The position numbers were made by a program, and so were the translations under genes. The notes under the pieces are model-generated. The model searched no databases. It saw only the letters and a list, made by a program, of their open reading frames with translations, and was not told the DNA's origin. Shown here piece after piece: positions 1 through 10,884 of a stretch of 64,000 nt of DNA. Each line of letters opens with the position of its first letter. Within the stretch, counting starts at the first letter, position 1. This DNA comes from an uncultured Gammaproteobacteria bacterium (GTDB lineage Bacteria; Patescibacteriota; Microgenomatia; CAZXEC01): NCBI GenBank assembly GCA_964639595.1, contig CAZXEC010000001.1:254498-318497 (forward strand), given 5' to 3'.

Positions 1-3
1 GCC

Positions 4-399
4 ATGTTGGCATATCTGCTTTTTCTAAGTGCTGCCAAAAACCCCAATTTAAACCCGCCCAACAGGCAACTATCAAGAACACAGCAAATAGTTTTCTCAA
101 TCATTGAAGAAGTACAAAATTCTCGCTTTAATTTCGCCTTAATTTCTCGCAATAATTACGATGCTGCTTATCAGTATTATTTGGAGCTTGCCGGACATCA
201 GCCGGTTGCCATTGATGCCCAGGATACTAAAAATAGTATTACCGATCAGTTGATTGTGGTGTGTGAGGATCCGATCTGCCAACCGGTGGGGCATCCCAAA
301 TTTGAAATTGCCGGATTCGGCTGGTCAAAAATTGATAAAGAATGGCAAGTGATGGGGACAAAGCTTTTTAAACTGGGACACTATATCCCCACCAACTAA
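4..399 (+). CDS. Hypothetical protein, probably the C-terminal fragment of a gene that starts upstream of the window
   Basis: The ORF is in frame from base 1, so it likely continues upstream. No recognisable motif. Confidence 0.3.
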   Translation: MLAYLLFLSAAKNPNLNPPNRQLSRTQQIVFSIIEEVQNSRFNFALISRNNYDAAYQYYLELAGHQPVAIDAQDTKNSITDQLIVVCEDPICQPVGHPKFEIAGFGWSKIDKEWQVMGTKLFKLGHYIPTN

Positions 400-408
400 A
401 AATTAATT

Positions 409-1959
409 ATGGATAAAAAAGATTCATCTTCCAGTAATTTAAAATTTTTCCAATATTTAAGCGATGAGATGTTAAATCATAAGCTAATTTACCTCTTACT
501 GCTGATCACTTTTTACTTTGGCACTTGGGTGAGGACTGCTAATTTGGATAAGTTGCTGGGATTTTACTATGATCAGGGACGTGATTTTTTAACTGTGGCC
601 AAAATTCTGTCCGGCAAATTAACCCTGATCGGTCCCACTACCGGCATCGAAGGCGTTTTCCATGGGCCGCTTTATTATTATTTGCTGGCTCCCATGTTTG
701 CCATAACCGGCGGTGATCCGGCTCAAATGGCGACTATGATGGGAATTTTCAACAGCCTGGCAATTTTATTAATATTTATTGCCGGCAGTCTGTTTTTTAA
801 TAGGGCTTGCGGCTTGCTGGCAGCATTTATGTTTGCCATATCCTTAGAACTGGTCAATTTTTCCCGCTGGTTTTCCAATCCTTCTCCGCAAATGGTTTTT
901 ACGCTGCTGGCTCTAATTTCCTTATGGATGATAGCGCAGAAAAAACGTTGGGGCCTGCCGCTATTGGCATTTGCCGCCTCTTTTGGCTTCCAGTTTGAGG
1001 CGGTTTCTTTAATTACCATTATTCCTGCTTGTCTGGTTCTTTTTATCTGGCAAAGAAATATTTGGTTGTCATTTGATCGCAGGTCGCAAGTGCTGTCGGT
1101 TTTAATCATTTTAATAGGACTCTCTCCGTATATTCTTTTTGAATTAAGGCATAATTTTTTAATGACTAATGCGGCTGCCCAGCTTATTGCTGGCAATTCC
1201 AGTTTTAAATTAAATTTTGCCGATGTAATTTGGCAAAGGATAAATTTTTATCTGGAGGTTTATAATAATTTACTTATGCGCGACCGACCCATCACAATAT
1301 TCTTGCTAGTTGCCAGCTTTGTTATTGGCATTATCAATCTAAAGCGTCAGACACTATCAACCAACATTAAAATTTTGTTGATTTGGACAGCGTCGCCATT
1401 GGCTACACTGCTTTTTTATCATGGTAATTACGGTTATGTCTGGGGATATTATCTTTCGCCCACCCTGCCGTCGGTAATTTTATTAGTTTCGTTCTCTGCG
1501 TACTTTTTATGGCAAAATTATTGGTTGAAAATTGTAGTAGCGATTTTTTTCATTTTGTTCATTCGGGGCAACCAGCCGCTCTCGGCCAATTTCACCAGTC
1601 CAGATATATCCTATGGTCGTGAGACGATTGCTTTAGGCAATCAACTGCAAGCCATTGACTGGATTTATCAGGATGCAAAAGGCCAAGCCTTTAATGCTGA
1701 TGTTTATGTCCCTCCGGTTGTTCCGTATGCTTATGACTATCTAATTGGTTGGTATGGGCGGAAAAATTACCATCAAGAGCCCTTGGATAAGCAGGTTCAG
1801 CTCCTGTATACTCTCTATGAGGTTGATCCGCCACACCCAGAGAGGTTAGCAGCGTGGCTGTCACGTCAAAAAGGCATAGCCCCTGTTATTGTGAGGCAAG
1901 CTAGTTTTGGAGGGATTACTGTTGAGAGAAGACAACGCTTAATGATAAAGGATAAATGA
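409..1959 (+). CDS. Polytopic membrane protein, putative GT-C-fold glycosyltransferase
   Basis: 516 aa with about 12 predicted hydrophobic helices and aromatic-rich loops. It sits in an operon with a GT2 and a PMT-like gene. Confidence 0.5.
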   Translation: MDKKDSSSSNLKFFQYLSDEMLNHKLIYLLLLITFYFGTWVRTANLDKLLGFYYDQGRDFLTVAKILSGKLTLIGPTTGIEGVFHGPLYYYLLAPMFAITGGDPAQMATMMGIFNSLAILLIFIAGSLFFNRACGLLAAFMFAISLELVNFSRWFSNPSPQMVFTLLALISLWMIAQKKRWGLPLLAFAASFGFQFEAVSLITIIPACLVLFIWQRNIWLSFDRRSQVLSVLIILIGLSPYILFELRHNFLMTNAAAQLIAGNSSFKLNFADVIWQRINFYLEVYNNLLMRDRPITIFLLVASFVIGIINLKRQTLSTNIKILLIWTASPLATLLFYHGNYGYVWGYYLSPTLPSVILLVSFSAYFLWQNYWLKIVVAIFFILFIRGNQPLSANFTSPDISYGRETIALGNQLQAIDWIYQDAKGQAFNADVYVPPVVPYAYDYLIGWYGRKNYHQEPLDKQVQLLYTLYEVDPPHPERLAAWLSRQKGIAPVIVRQASFGGITVERRQRLMIKDK

Positions 1960-2732
1960 TTAATATGAACAACCAGAAGGATTTATCGATTGTTATTCCC
2001 AGCTACAACGAAAGCGAAAATTTGAAGAAGGGGAGCTTGGCAAAAATTGCCGATTACTTAGGAAATAAAAACCTAGCCTGGGAGGTGTTGATAATTGATG
2101 ACGGGTCTAGTGATAATAGTTGTGAATTAGTCGAGCAATTTACCAAGAACCATTCTAATTTCAAATTGGTTAAAAACCTGCATCAAGGTAAAGCAGCTAC
2201 AGTCTTATCTGGCCTGGGGATGGCGCAAGGGGAAATTGTTGTTTTTACAGATATGGATCAAGCCACACCAGTGAGTGAATTTGATAAGTTTTCCACTTAT
2301 TTTAATCAAGGTTATGATATTGTCATTGGATCAAGAGCTACCAACCGTCAGGGCGCGCCACTCTTAAGGCAAATTATGGCCACAGGATTTGCCATTATCA
2401 GAACAATGATTTTAGGCCTTAACCTGACTGATACTCAATGCGGCTTTAAGGCTTTTACCAACAAAGCAGCCCATACTATTTCAGAATTGCTGTTGTCTCG
2501 CTGGCAAAAAGTAATCAGAGGAGCGGCAGTTAATGCCGGTTTTGACGTGGAACTGCTATTTATGGCGCAAAAGCTAGGTTTCAAAATTGCCGAGGTGCCG
2601 GTTGCGTGGCATTATGTCGGGACCAAAAGAATCAGTCCCATTAAAGATTCAATTCAGGCCGTGGCAGACATGCTGCGAATAAAGATTGAAGATGTTCAAG
2701 GTGTTTATGATCAATATACTAGCAAAATATAA
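1956..2732 (+). CDS. GT2 glycosyltransferase (Dpm1/polyprenol-phosphate sugar synthase-like)
   Basis: N-terminal LSIVIPSYNESENL ... IIDDGSSDNS and a DxD-type motif (FTDMDQ). Its start overlaps the upstream stop by 4 nt. Confidence 0.85.
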   Translation: MINMNNQKDLSIVIPSYNESENLKKGSLAKIADYLGNKNLAWEVLIIDDGSSDNSCELVEQFTKNHSNFKLVKNLHQGKAATVLSGLGMAQGEIVVFTDMDQATPVSEFDKFSTYFNQGYDIVIGSRATNRQGAPLLRQIMATGFAIIRTMILGLNLTDTQCGFKAFTNKAAHTISELLLSRWQKVIRGAAVNAGFDVELLFMAQKLGFKIAEVPVAWHYVGTKRISPIKDSIQAVADMLRIKIEDVQGVYDQYTSKI

Positions 2733-4263
2733 GTACCCCTTGATTCTTGGTATGTTGCTGACCTTAGCATTTGGTGCAACCAGGCTAGCAAACTTAACCA
2801 TTCTGCCGGTTTTTGTCGATGAGGCAATTTATATCCGCTGGTCGCAAGTGATGCGTGATCCGGCCTGGAGATTTATACCTCTCACAGATGGTAAACAACC
2901 TCTTTTTATGTGGTTGTCATCACCATTGGTTAATCTCTGGTCTGATCCCTTGTTTGCCAGTCGCTTAATCTCTGTCATAGCCGGCTTTTTCGGTATGATC
3001 GGAATTTTCTTATTGAGCAGGGAATTATTTAGCAAAAAAATAGGTAGCATTGCCGCCTTTTTTTATGTTTTAGTGCCCTTTTTTGTGTTTTATGATCGCC
3101 TGGCAGTGCCAGATGGACTGTTGACAGTTTTGGGTATTTGGGCAATGTTTTTGTCTGTGGTTTTAGCAAGGACTGTCAGACTGGATGTGGCATTAATTTT
3201 GGGCATGGTTATAGGTGCTGCGACTCTAACTAAATCTCCCGGGTTTTTCTATTTATTGCTGGTTCCCAGCGGAATTCTGGTGTTTAATTTCTCCAGGCAG
3301 GCTTTACCAAAACTGGTTAAGTTGGCTCTTTTATGGATACTGGTGGCCCTAATGGCACTGGTGATTTATAACATTTTAAGACTGTCTCCTTATTTTTACC
3401 TGATTGGGCAAAGAACTTATGATTTTATATTGACTCCGGCGGAGTTTCTACAAAACGGCCCGTTCTGGTGGCTATTGTGCAGGGGGGCTTCATTTACCTG
3501 GGGCTGTGGCAGAATCTTTGAAAGCTTTGATTGGCTAGTATCATATTTTACTTGGCCAATATTTGCCGCGGCTTTTGCTGGCATGTTATTCTTATTTAGA
3601 AAAAACTGGAGAGTAGCCTTGTTTATTACTGCCTGGTCAACCTGTCCCCTGTTGGTAGAAAATGCTATCGCCAAAGGATTTACCGCCAGATATATTATTT
3701 TTGCCACCTTCCCTTTTCTGGTAACTGCAGCTTATTTTGCAGATCTGGCGATTGCCAAGCTTAAGCAAATTCATTATTTGGCGCCTTGGGGGTTGCTGGT
3801 ATTATTGATGCCGGCTGTAGTTTTTGATTGGTATCTTTTAACCAACCCCTCACAAGCTGCCATTCCTGCCAAAGAAAGAGAAGGCTATGTTGAAGAATGG
3901 TCAGCCGGCTATGGGATTGTGGAAATTGCTCAATTCTTGAAGGGAAAAGCCACAGATCAGCGGCCAATTTTGGTTGGTACAGAAGGAACTTTCGGCACTT
4001 TGCCGGATGGCCTGCAGATTTATGTTCGTGATATTCCCAATCTAACGGTGGTTGGCATGGGTCAGAATGCTGATATTTATAATATCCCCAAAGATCTAGT
4101 TGATTTTGCCAATCGCGGGAATTTGGCTTATCTGGTGGTCAATAAAACCAGACTGCATCCTGCCAATGACCCGCATCTTAAACTGATTGCCTCATATCCT
4201 AAACCGGCAGGTCGATCAAAGCAAGAAGAATTATTATTTTTTCAAATTATTAAGCTAAAATAA
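2686..4263 (+). CDS. PMT/ArnT-like (GT39-type) membrane glycosyltransferase
   Basis: A conserved DE motif in the first loop (VFVDEAIYIRW) and more than 10 TM helices. The true start is probably the downstream Met near 2751, since the annotated ORF start overlaps the GT2 gene. Confidence 0.7.
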   Translation: MKMFKVFMINILAKYKYPLILGMLLTLAFGATRLANLTILPVFVDEAIYIRWSQVMRDPAWRFIPLTDGKQPLFMWLSSPLVNLWSDPLFASRLISVIAGFFGMIGIFLLSRELFSKKIGSIAAFFYVLVPFFVFYDRLAVPDGLLTVLGIWAMFLSVVLARTVRLDVALILGMVIGAATLTKSPGFFYLLLVPSGILVFNFSRQALPKLVKLALLWILVALMALVIYNILRLSPYFYLIGQRTYDFILTPAEFLQNGPFWWLLCRGASFTWGCGRIFESFDWLVSYFTWPIFAAAFAGMLFLFRKNWRVALFITAWSTCPLLVENAIAKGFTARYIIFATFPFLVTAAYFADLAIAKLKQIHYLAPWGLLVLLMPAVVFDWYLLTNPSQAAIPAKEREGYVEEWSAGYGIVEIAQFLKGKATDQRPILVGTEGTFGTLPDGLQIYVRDIPNLTVVGMGQNADIYNIPKDLVDFANRGNLAYLVVNKTRLHPANDPHLKLIASYPKPAGRSKQEELLFFQIIKLK

Positions 4264-4268
4264 CCAAC

Positions 4269-5957
4269 ATGAATAAGTTTTTCCTGGTTATCGTGCTTGT
4301 CCTATCCGGATTTTTAACTTACAAGGAGTTGATCTTCAAAGGTTATTTTCCCATGCATGATGACCTGCAGGTCATGAGAATTTTTGAAATGAGTAAATGT
4401 TTTGCCGATGGCCAGATCCCTTGCCGGTGGGTACCGGATATGGGTTATGAATATGGGTATCCGCTGTTTAATTATTACCCGCCGTTTGCATATTACATCG
4501 GAACAGCCATCCACTCATTTGGCGTAGGGCTTTTTGATTCGGTCAAAATTCTATTTTTCCTGCAATTTACCATCTCCGGTGTGTTAATGTATTTTTTTGC
4601 CAGGCGATTTTGGGGTTCTGGAGGTGGATTTTTATCCGCACTTTTTTACATGTATGCGCCATACCGGGCGGTTGATGTTTACGTCAGGGGAGCCATGGCA
4701 GAATCATGGGCCCTGGCTTTTGCGCCGGGCATTTTTTGGATGATAGACAAGATTATCACAGAAAAAAAATGGCGGGATGTTTTTTGGCTGGGCTTTTTCT
4801 ACGCCGGCGTTTTGTTATCGCATAATTTAATGACTCTGTTGTTTGTGCCATTAACGTTTTTGTGGATTATTTTGCGCTTGGTGCAAGAGAGAGCTTTTTG
4901 GCAAATACCAAAAATTGTGGCAGGGGGCCTGTATGGTGGAGCCCTGGCAGCCTTTTTTACGGTAGTGGTGCTTCTTGAGACAAAGTATGTCCATGTCGAA
5001 ACTTTGTTTATGGGCTATTTTAATTATCTGGCGCATTTTGTAGATATTAACCAACTATTCTTTTCTGATTTTTGGGGCTACGGGGGGTCGGTGTGGGGTC
5101 CGGAAGATAGTTTGTCTTTTTCCGTAGGATACCTGCACTGGATATTGGTGGTTTTTTCATTTTTTACAAGCATTATTTTACTGAAACAAAAACAATTCAA
5201 AACAGCCATCATTATTTTATTTTTCTTTATTGTTTTTTGGTTATCGACTTTCCTGATGCACTATAAAGCGGCTCCTATTTGGGAAATGTTGACTTTCTTA
5301 CAGAATTTACAATTTCCCTGGAGAATTTTGTCGGTGACTATTTTTGTAGCGTCATTTTTAGCAGGCAGCATCTTTAGCCTGAAGCCTTATGTTAGCACCA
5401 AGATTTTGAGAACTTTTTTGGTCGTTGCTGCCTTAGGGGTGATTATCCTAAATTATCAGTATTTCAAGCCGGCAACAAGATTTTATGTTGATGACAATGA
5501 GAGATTATCGGGAGAACTGTGGAGATTCGCCATTACTTCTGGGATTTTTGATTACTTGCCCAAAGATGCTAAATTCCCTCCTGCTGCTGCTCCAAGTGAG
5601 CAAGTTGAGGTATTATCAGGCGATGTGCGCGTTGAGAATTATGCCAGCGGTTCGGCCTCCGTTCGCTTCTTAACAAAATCAAATCAAGGAGCTCGGGTGA
5701 GGATGGCCCTTTATGAATTCCCCACCTGGGATGTGAAGATTGATGGGAAAAATACCAGTCATGGACCTGGCGGCGATTTAGGTCGTATAACATTTAATAT
5801 TCCACCAGGGGATCACTCCGTTTCCATAAAATTAATCGATACTCCTGTCAGGACTATCACTAATCTGGTTTCTTTGGCAGCTTGGCTGACTTTTGTTGGT
5901 TTCTTGATTGCTCTTTTTAAGAAACCAAAATTTTTGGACAAAATCCATGACTGGTGA
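4269..5957 (+). CDS. Polytopic membrane protein (putative GT-C / YfhO-like) with a C-terminal beta-rich extracytoplasmic domain
   Basis: 562 aa. It has an N-terminal MHDD motif, many TM helices and a hydrophilic C-terminal region of about 150 aa. Confidence 0.5.
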   Translation: MNKFFLVIVLVLSGFLTYKELIFKGYFPMHDDLQVMRIFEMSKCFADGQIPCRWVPDMGYEYGYPLFNYYPPFAYYIGTAIHSFGVGLFDSVKILFFLQFTISGVLMYFFARRFWGSGGGFLSALFYMYAPYRAVDVYVRGAMAESWALAFAPGIFWMIDKIITEKKWRDVFWLGFFYAGVLLSHNLMTLLFVPLTFLWIILRLVQERAFWQIPKIVAGGLYGGALAAFFTVVVLLETKYVHVETLFMGYFNYLAHFVDINQLFFSDFWGYGGSVWGPEDSLSFSVGYLHWILVVFSFFTSIILLKQKQFKTAIIILFFFIVFWLSTFLMHYKAAPIWEMLTFLQNLQFPWRILSVTIFVASFLAGSIFSLKPYVSTKILRTFLVVAALGVIILNYQYFKPATRFYVDDNERLSGELWRFAITSGIFDYLPKDAKFPPAAAPSEQVEVLSGDVRVENYASGSASVRFLTKSNQGARVRMALYEFPTWDVKIDGKNTSHGPGGDLGRITFNIPPGDHSVSIKLIDTPVRTITNLVSLAAWLTFVGFLIALFKKPKFLDKIHDW

Positions 5958-7380
5958 AATTGATTTTGCAACCATCAAAAAACGGACAGTATCTGGCATT
6001 TTTACCCTAACTTTTAGGAGAATTGCTCTTCAGGCCATCAGTTTTGCTTCCATAAATTTGATACTGGCGCGGATTTTGCCGGTGGAAACAATTGGGATTT
6101 TTAATATTGGCACTTCCTTAATTGCTTTTTTCGCGTTTTTTTCCGATATCGGGTTGGCGGCGTCTTTGATACAAAAAAAAGATAATATCACCCGCCAGGA
6201 TTTGACTACGACTTTTACCATCCAGCAGATTTTAATAGGTGTGATTACCCTAGTTATCATTGCCCTGGCTCCATTGCTGGCCCAAATTTATCAACTGGGT
6301 GATGATGGGGTATGGTTGATACGTGCTTTGTCAATTGGTTTTTTCCTATCATCTTTGAAAGTAGTGCCGGCAGTAGTATTGGAAAGAGAGTTAAAATTTA
6401 CTCCCCTGGTGACTGTAGAAATTGTCGAGACATTGATTTTTAATGCGATTCTGGTGACATTAGCCTTTTTAAATTATGGTTTGACAAGTTTTTCTTTAGC
6501 TACCATTGCTCGGGGTGTTTCCGGGACTTTATTGATTTATGTCATTGCCCCTTGGAAGGTGGGCTTAGGTATTTCTCGACAGTCAGCAACTTTGCTGTTA
6601 CATTTTGGTATTCCATATCAAGCCAATGCCTTGCTAGCTTTGGTAAAAGATCGGGTAGTACCCTTGGTGGTTGCTAAAATGGTTGGTGCAGTTGGTATTG
6701 GCTACATTACCTGGGCTCAAGCTCTGGCTTTTTTACCGTTGGAATTTATGAATATTATCATCCGGGTCACTTTTCCGACCTTTTCCCGGTTGCAGGACCA
6801 ACAAGACCAATTAAAAGGCGCCATTGAAAAATCTTTATATGTTACCACCTTGGTGCTGTATCCGACTCTGGCAGGAATTTTGGCATTGTCACCTAGCTTA
6901 GTTGGTCAGATAGTCTCTAGTAAATGGCAACCGGCCCTGCCCTTGATTTATTTATTTGCCTGCTCCACCTTTTGGGCATCAATTTCCACTACTTATACCA
7001 ACGCCCTAACTGCCATTGGCCATGTCAAAACAGTTTTGAAACTGATGGTGATGTGGACAGTCCTAACCTGGATTTTAACGCCTTTGTTAGTGTGGCAGTT
7101 TGGTTTTATCGGCGTGGCCTATACGGCGGCAGTCATCTCATTTTCCTCGGTGGTGACGATTGTGGTCCTGCATCGCCACGTCAAGATTGATTTATGGTCT
7201 AATATTAATAAACAACTGGTAGTCTCCTTACTGATGGGTGTTGCACTTTATATTCTATCTCCAGTGATGGTTGTAGATTGGCTGACTCTGATGGTGGCTG
7301 TTCTACTGGGCGGACTATTTTATGGCTTGTTGATGCTGATTTTTGACCGGAGCAGGCTATCTGCGCTTTTGAAACTGTAA
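5908..7380 (+). CDS. Wzx-like oligosaccharide/polysaccharide flippase (MOP superfamily)
   Basis: About 14 TM helices and the typical polysaccharide-biosynthesis-protein architecture. An alternative in-frame start at 5947 avoids overlap with the upstream gene. Confidence 0.7.
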   Translation: MLFLRNQNFWTKSMTGEIDFATIKKRTVSGIFTLTFRRIALQAISFASINLILARILPVETIGIFNIGTSLIAFFAFFSDIGLAASLIQKKDNITRQDLTTTFTIQQILIGVITLVIIALAPLLAQIYQLGDDGVWLIRALSIGFFLSSLKVVPAVVLERELKFTPLVTVEIVETLIFNAILVTLAFLNYGLTSFSLATIARGVSGTLLIYVIAPWKVGLGISRQSATLLLHFGIPYQANALLALVKDRVVPLVVAKMVGAVGIGYITWAQALAFLPLEFMNIIIRVTFPTFSRLQDQQDQLKGAIEKSLYVTTLVLYPTLAGILALSPSLVGQIVSSKWQPALPLIYLFACSTFWASISTTYTNALTAIGHVKTVLKLMVMWTVLTWILTPLLVWQFGFIGVAYTAAVISFSSVVTIVVLHRHVKIDLWSNINKQLVVSLLMGVALYILSPVMVVDWLTLMVAVLLGGLFYGLLMLIFDRSRLSALLKL

Positions 7381-7418
7381 AATTGCCTCAAAGGTGACTC
7401 TTTCGTATAATTAGACTA

Positions 7419-10400
7419 ATGAAAAAAATTATAGCCGGTTTGGTTTTGGCCATATTGGCAGGTATATCTCCGGTCGTTACTTTTGCTCAAAATAACTCCT
7501 TTGTGACCATCATCAACCCGGTCAGAGGAGCAGAATTTTGGGAAAAGGGCCGGTCCGACAGTCCGCTCACCTCCCTTCAAGGTGAATATCAGGTAATATC
7601 CCAAAACAGCCTGGCAGCCAGCTGGCTGTTGCGGTTTGATGCTTTGGCAAATAGTCAGATTACTTCATTGTTAAAAGGCCAGCCCCATCAAGAGCCAGGT
7701 CTTTTTTTAGAGGTGATTCCCTCTTTGGCCAAAAGCGCCCAAGTTCAATATAATAATAGCCCTTCCTGGCATTTTGCCGAAAGCGTACTTTTGACCGGTT
7801 ACACACCTGGCAACCGCCAAAAATTGATTGACAGGCAATTTGATAAGTTTAAAGAAGTGTTTGGCTACTTCCCCAAAACAGTGGGGGCCTGGTGGATAGA
7901 TGCCGGCTCTCTTTCCTACATGAAAGAGAAGTACCAGATAGCAGTTGCTCTGGTTGTGGCCGACCAATACACCACTGATAATTATCAGGTTTGGGGTCAA
8001 TATTGGGGCTATCCCTATTATCCCTCTAGGGCCAATACCCAATCTCCTGCCCAATCTGCTGATGCCAAGATTGGGGTGGTTGTGATGCAATGGGCTAGCC
8101 GCGATCCTTTCAATGGCTACGGTAATGGGGTGGCGGAGTCGACCTTTAGCGTCCAGGCCAATGACTATGTGACTTATCACAAACTGAACACCGATTATTT
8201 TGGCAAATTAGTGGATATTTACACCAACACTAAATTCAATGGCTTTGGTCAGTTAACTATTGGTTTGGAGAATGATTATTCCTGGCAAAAGTATGGCCAT
8301 GAATACCAAAACCAAATCAAATTAATTGCTCAAAAACAACAAGCAGGCAACATCAGTGTTGTCACTGCATCAGAATTTGCATCTTGGTATCAAAAACAAT
8401 TTCCTACTATCTCACCAGTGATGGTACTGTCTGCCGATGATCCGCAAGGAGGAAACGGCAAGGTAGTTTGGTACATGTCACCATATTACAGGGCGGGATA
8501 TTTTTTCAACAACCAGGGGTCGATGATTCGGGATATGCGGCTCTATAATGATAGCCAAAAAGAGCTCTGCTACGACGTATCATGTCAAACTCTAAATTTA
8601 GCTACCACTGCCTCCAAAGCCCTGGATGAGGTGACCTTTGGCCAGCAAATCTTATTTGATGATGGTAAGATTACCGATTTTAAAGTAGAAAAACGACAAG
8701 ACCAAGTTACAATTTCGTATTCCAATCAAAGCGGCAAACAAAGAACCATTACCTTCTTACCCCAGGATATTAATTTAGATGGCAAAATTACTGCTGTTTC
8801 AGAAGCAATTATTAATGCCATTTCCCAAAAGCCCAGCCTCAAGTCGAAAGATCAATTGTACGACGGTAAACAGATCTTACCGGAAGTAAATTGGCAGAAA
8901 TTATTTTTAGGCTTGGTGTGGTTCTGGATGATTGCTGTTATGGCATTTTTTACCATCGGCAGGATTTGTGTAAAACAGCTGAAACTGCCGCTTGATCCGC
9001 TGGAAGAAAGAGTGATGTCTTGGGTTTTGGGAATAGTTATTTTTACCCTGATAAATTATCTCTTGGGTTGGCTCTCTGTCAGACCGCTTGTTCTCCCTCT
9101 GGTTTTACTGTCTGTACTATGGTATTTGAAAGAATTCGGTCTAAAAGATTTGTTGCCGAAATGGCCTAAAGATAATCTGGTTTTGGCAGTGATAGTTTTA
9201 TCAGGAGTGGCAGTTCAGAGTTTGGTGGTTGTAAAAAGCGGACTGGAATTTAATTATGGATTAGGCTTTTGGGGGCCCAATGGCCACGATGCCATTTGGC
9301 ATCTGGCTGTTATTCAAGAACTGTTACAAAACTTTCCTCCGCAAAACCCCAATTATGCTCACGAGCTTTTGAAAAATTATCACTATTTTTATGATTTATG
9401 GATGTCGTCTCTGGCGCGCCTGTCCAGCATCGATCTGTTAGACCTCTATTTTAGATTTACTCCACTGCTTATATCTGCTTTATACGGCATATCGGTCTAT
9501 ACTTTTACCAAAAGATTGTCTGGTCATAATCTGCCATCGCTGATAGCGGTTTTTTTGGCTTATTTTGCCGGATCGTTTGGTTGGATTTTATCTATAGTCA
9601 GAGGCGGAGATTTTTATGGCGGAGAATCAGCTTTCTGGGCCAACCAACCTTCTACCATGCTTTTGAATATGCCGTTTGCCCTCTCTGCTCCAATATTCTT
9701 TTGTGCGTTGCTTTCCCTGTTGTTATTTTTAGAACGCAAGCAGGGTTTTATGGTAGTGGCCATACTTTTTGGAGCCTTGATTGAATTTAAAGCGTATGGA
9801 GGATTATTACTTTTGAGCTCTCTGGCGTCCTTGGCGGGAGTTGATTTTATCAAAAATCGTTCTGTGGTGCTGATCAAACCGCTGTTGGTGGCAATTGTTA
9901 TTGCGCTGGTAGTGTTTTTGCCCAACAATTTTGGATCATCAGCGCTTTTTCAGTTTCAACCGCTGTGGTTTATCCACACCATGCTGCAATCGCCGGATCG
10001 GGTGTTTTGGCCAAGATTGGATCTGGCTATCATTTCCGGACAGGAAAATGCCAATTGGCTCAAATTCACTGCAGCATCTAGTTTGGGTATTTTGATTTTT
10101 ATAATTGGCAATTTAGGATTGAGGTCTTTGGGTATTATCACTTGGATAAAATGGATAATTTTTTCTGTCAGGAAAGAGACGGTTGATCCCAAAAACAACC
10201 TGCACTTTTTCTTGTTGATATTATCGGTGATGGCAATTATGGCGCCAATGTTGTTTGTCCAAAAAGGTAATCCTTGGAATGCTATCCAATTTTTCTATTA
10301 TGTTGTTTTAGTATTTAATGTTCTGGCGGCCATTTCCATTGCCAAGATATTATCTCCCTTTCCCACCACCATCCGCTCTCTGCTTTTGGCCATGTTGTTA

Positions 10401-10874
10401 ATATTGGCTGTTCCTACCACGATAGCTATTTTCTACACTTATCTGCCTGATCGAGCACCAGCCAGAATTTCCAAAGAAGAATATCAGGCGCTCAAGTTTT
10501 TACAAAACCAAGACCGTAGGGTGGTTTTGACTTATCCTTATCAACCGCGAGCCAAGGAAAAATTCCTAGAACCATTACCGCTTTTTGCTTACGATACCAC
10601 AGCTTATGTAACAGCCCTTTCCGGCCATCCTTCCTATCTTGATGATTTGATGAATAACCAAATTATGGATTATGATATAGCAGGCCGCCTATCCGGCCAA
10701 AAAGAATTTTTCCGCACCGGGGATTTTTATTGGGCTAAACAATTTTTAAAAGATAATAAAATAGGCTATATTTATGTCAGAGTCGATCAACCCTGGTCGC
10801 CTGACATGGGTAATTATAATATCAAAGAAATTTTTGCCAATGATCAGGTGAAGATTTACCGGACTTTGGAGTAA
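7419..10874 (+). CDS. Large (1151 aa) membrane protein with a signal peptide, a ~470-aa extracytoplasmic domain and a ~650-aa polytopic C-terminal domain
   Basis: N-terminal MKKIIAGLVLAILAGISPVVTFA signal peptide, a hydrophilic domain, then more than 15 hydrophobic helices. Function not recognisable; possibly a polymerase or GT-C-type enzyme. Confidence 0.5.
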   Translation: MKKIIAGLVLAILAGISPVVTFAQNNSFVTIINPVRGAEFWEKGRSDSPLTSLQGEYQVISQNSLAASWLLRFDALANSQITSLLKGQPHQEPGLFLEVIPSLAKSAQVQYNNSPSWHFAESVLLTGYTPGNRQKLIDRQFDKFKEVFGYFPKTVGAWWIDAGSLSYMKEKYQIAVALVVADQYTTDNYQVWGQYWGYPYYPSRANTQSPAQSADAKIGVVVMQWASRDPFNGYGNGVAESTFSVQANDYVTYHKLNTDYFGKLVDIYTNTKFNGFGQLTIGLENDYSWQKYGHEYQNQIKLIAQKQQAGNISVVTASEFASWYQKQFPTISPVMVLSADDPQGGNGKVVWYMSPYYRAGYFFNNQGSMIRDMRLYNDSQKELCYDVSCQTLNLATTASKALDEVTFGQQILFDDGKITDFKVEKRQDQVTISYSNQSGKQRTITFLPQDINLDGKITAVSEAIINAISQKPSLKSKDQLYDGKQILPEVNWQKLFLGLVWFWMIAVMAFFTIGRICVKQLKLPLDPLEERVMSWVLGIVIFTLINYLLGWLSVRPLVLPLVLLSVLWYLKEFGLKDLLPKWPKDNLVLAVIVLSGVAVQSLVVVKSGLEFNYGLGFWGPNGHDAIWHLAVIQELLQNFPPQNPNYAHELLKNYHYFYDLWMSSLARLSSIDLLDLYFRFTPLLISALYGISVYTFTKRLSGHNLPSLIAVFLAYFAGSFGWILSIVRGGDFYGGESAFWANQPSTMLLNMPFALSAPIFFCALLSLLLFLERKQGFMVVAILFGALIEFKAYGGLLLLSSLASLAGVDFIKNRSVVLIKPLLVAIVIALVVFLPNNFGSSALFQFQPLWFIHTMLQSPDRVFWPRLDLAIISGQENANWLKFTAASSLGILIFIIGNLGLRSLGIITWIKWIIFSVRKETVDPKNNLHFFLLILSVMAIMAPMLFVQKGNPWNAIQFFYYVVLVFNVLAAISIAKILSPFPTTIRSLLLAMLLILAVPTTIAIFYTYLPDRAPARISKEEYQALKFLQNQDRRVVLTYPYQPRAKEKFLEPLPLFAYDTTAYVTALSGHPSYLDDLMNNQIMDYDIAGRLSGQKEFFRTGDFYWAKQFLKDNKIGYIYVRVDQPWSPDMGNYNIKEIFANDQVKIYRTLE

Positions 10875-10884
10875 GATATATCGT

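Noticed and set aside
723-1196. 157-aa minus-strand ORF and other small antisense or internal ORFs in the track (e.g. 3417-3707, 9614-9928, 26642-26983, 46384-46896)
   Set aside because: All are embedded antisense or out of frame within long, motif-supported genes. They are typical spurious ORFs of AT-leaning DNA.
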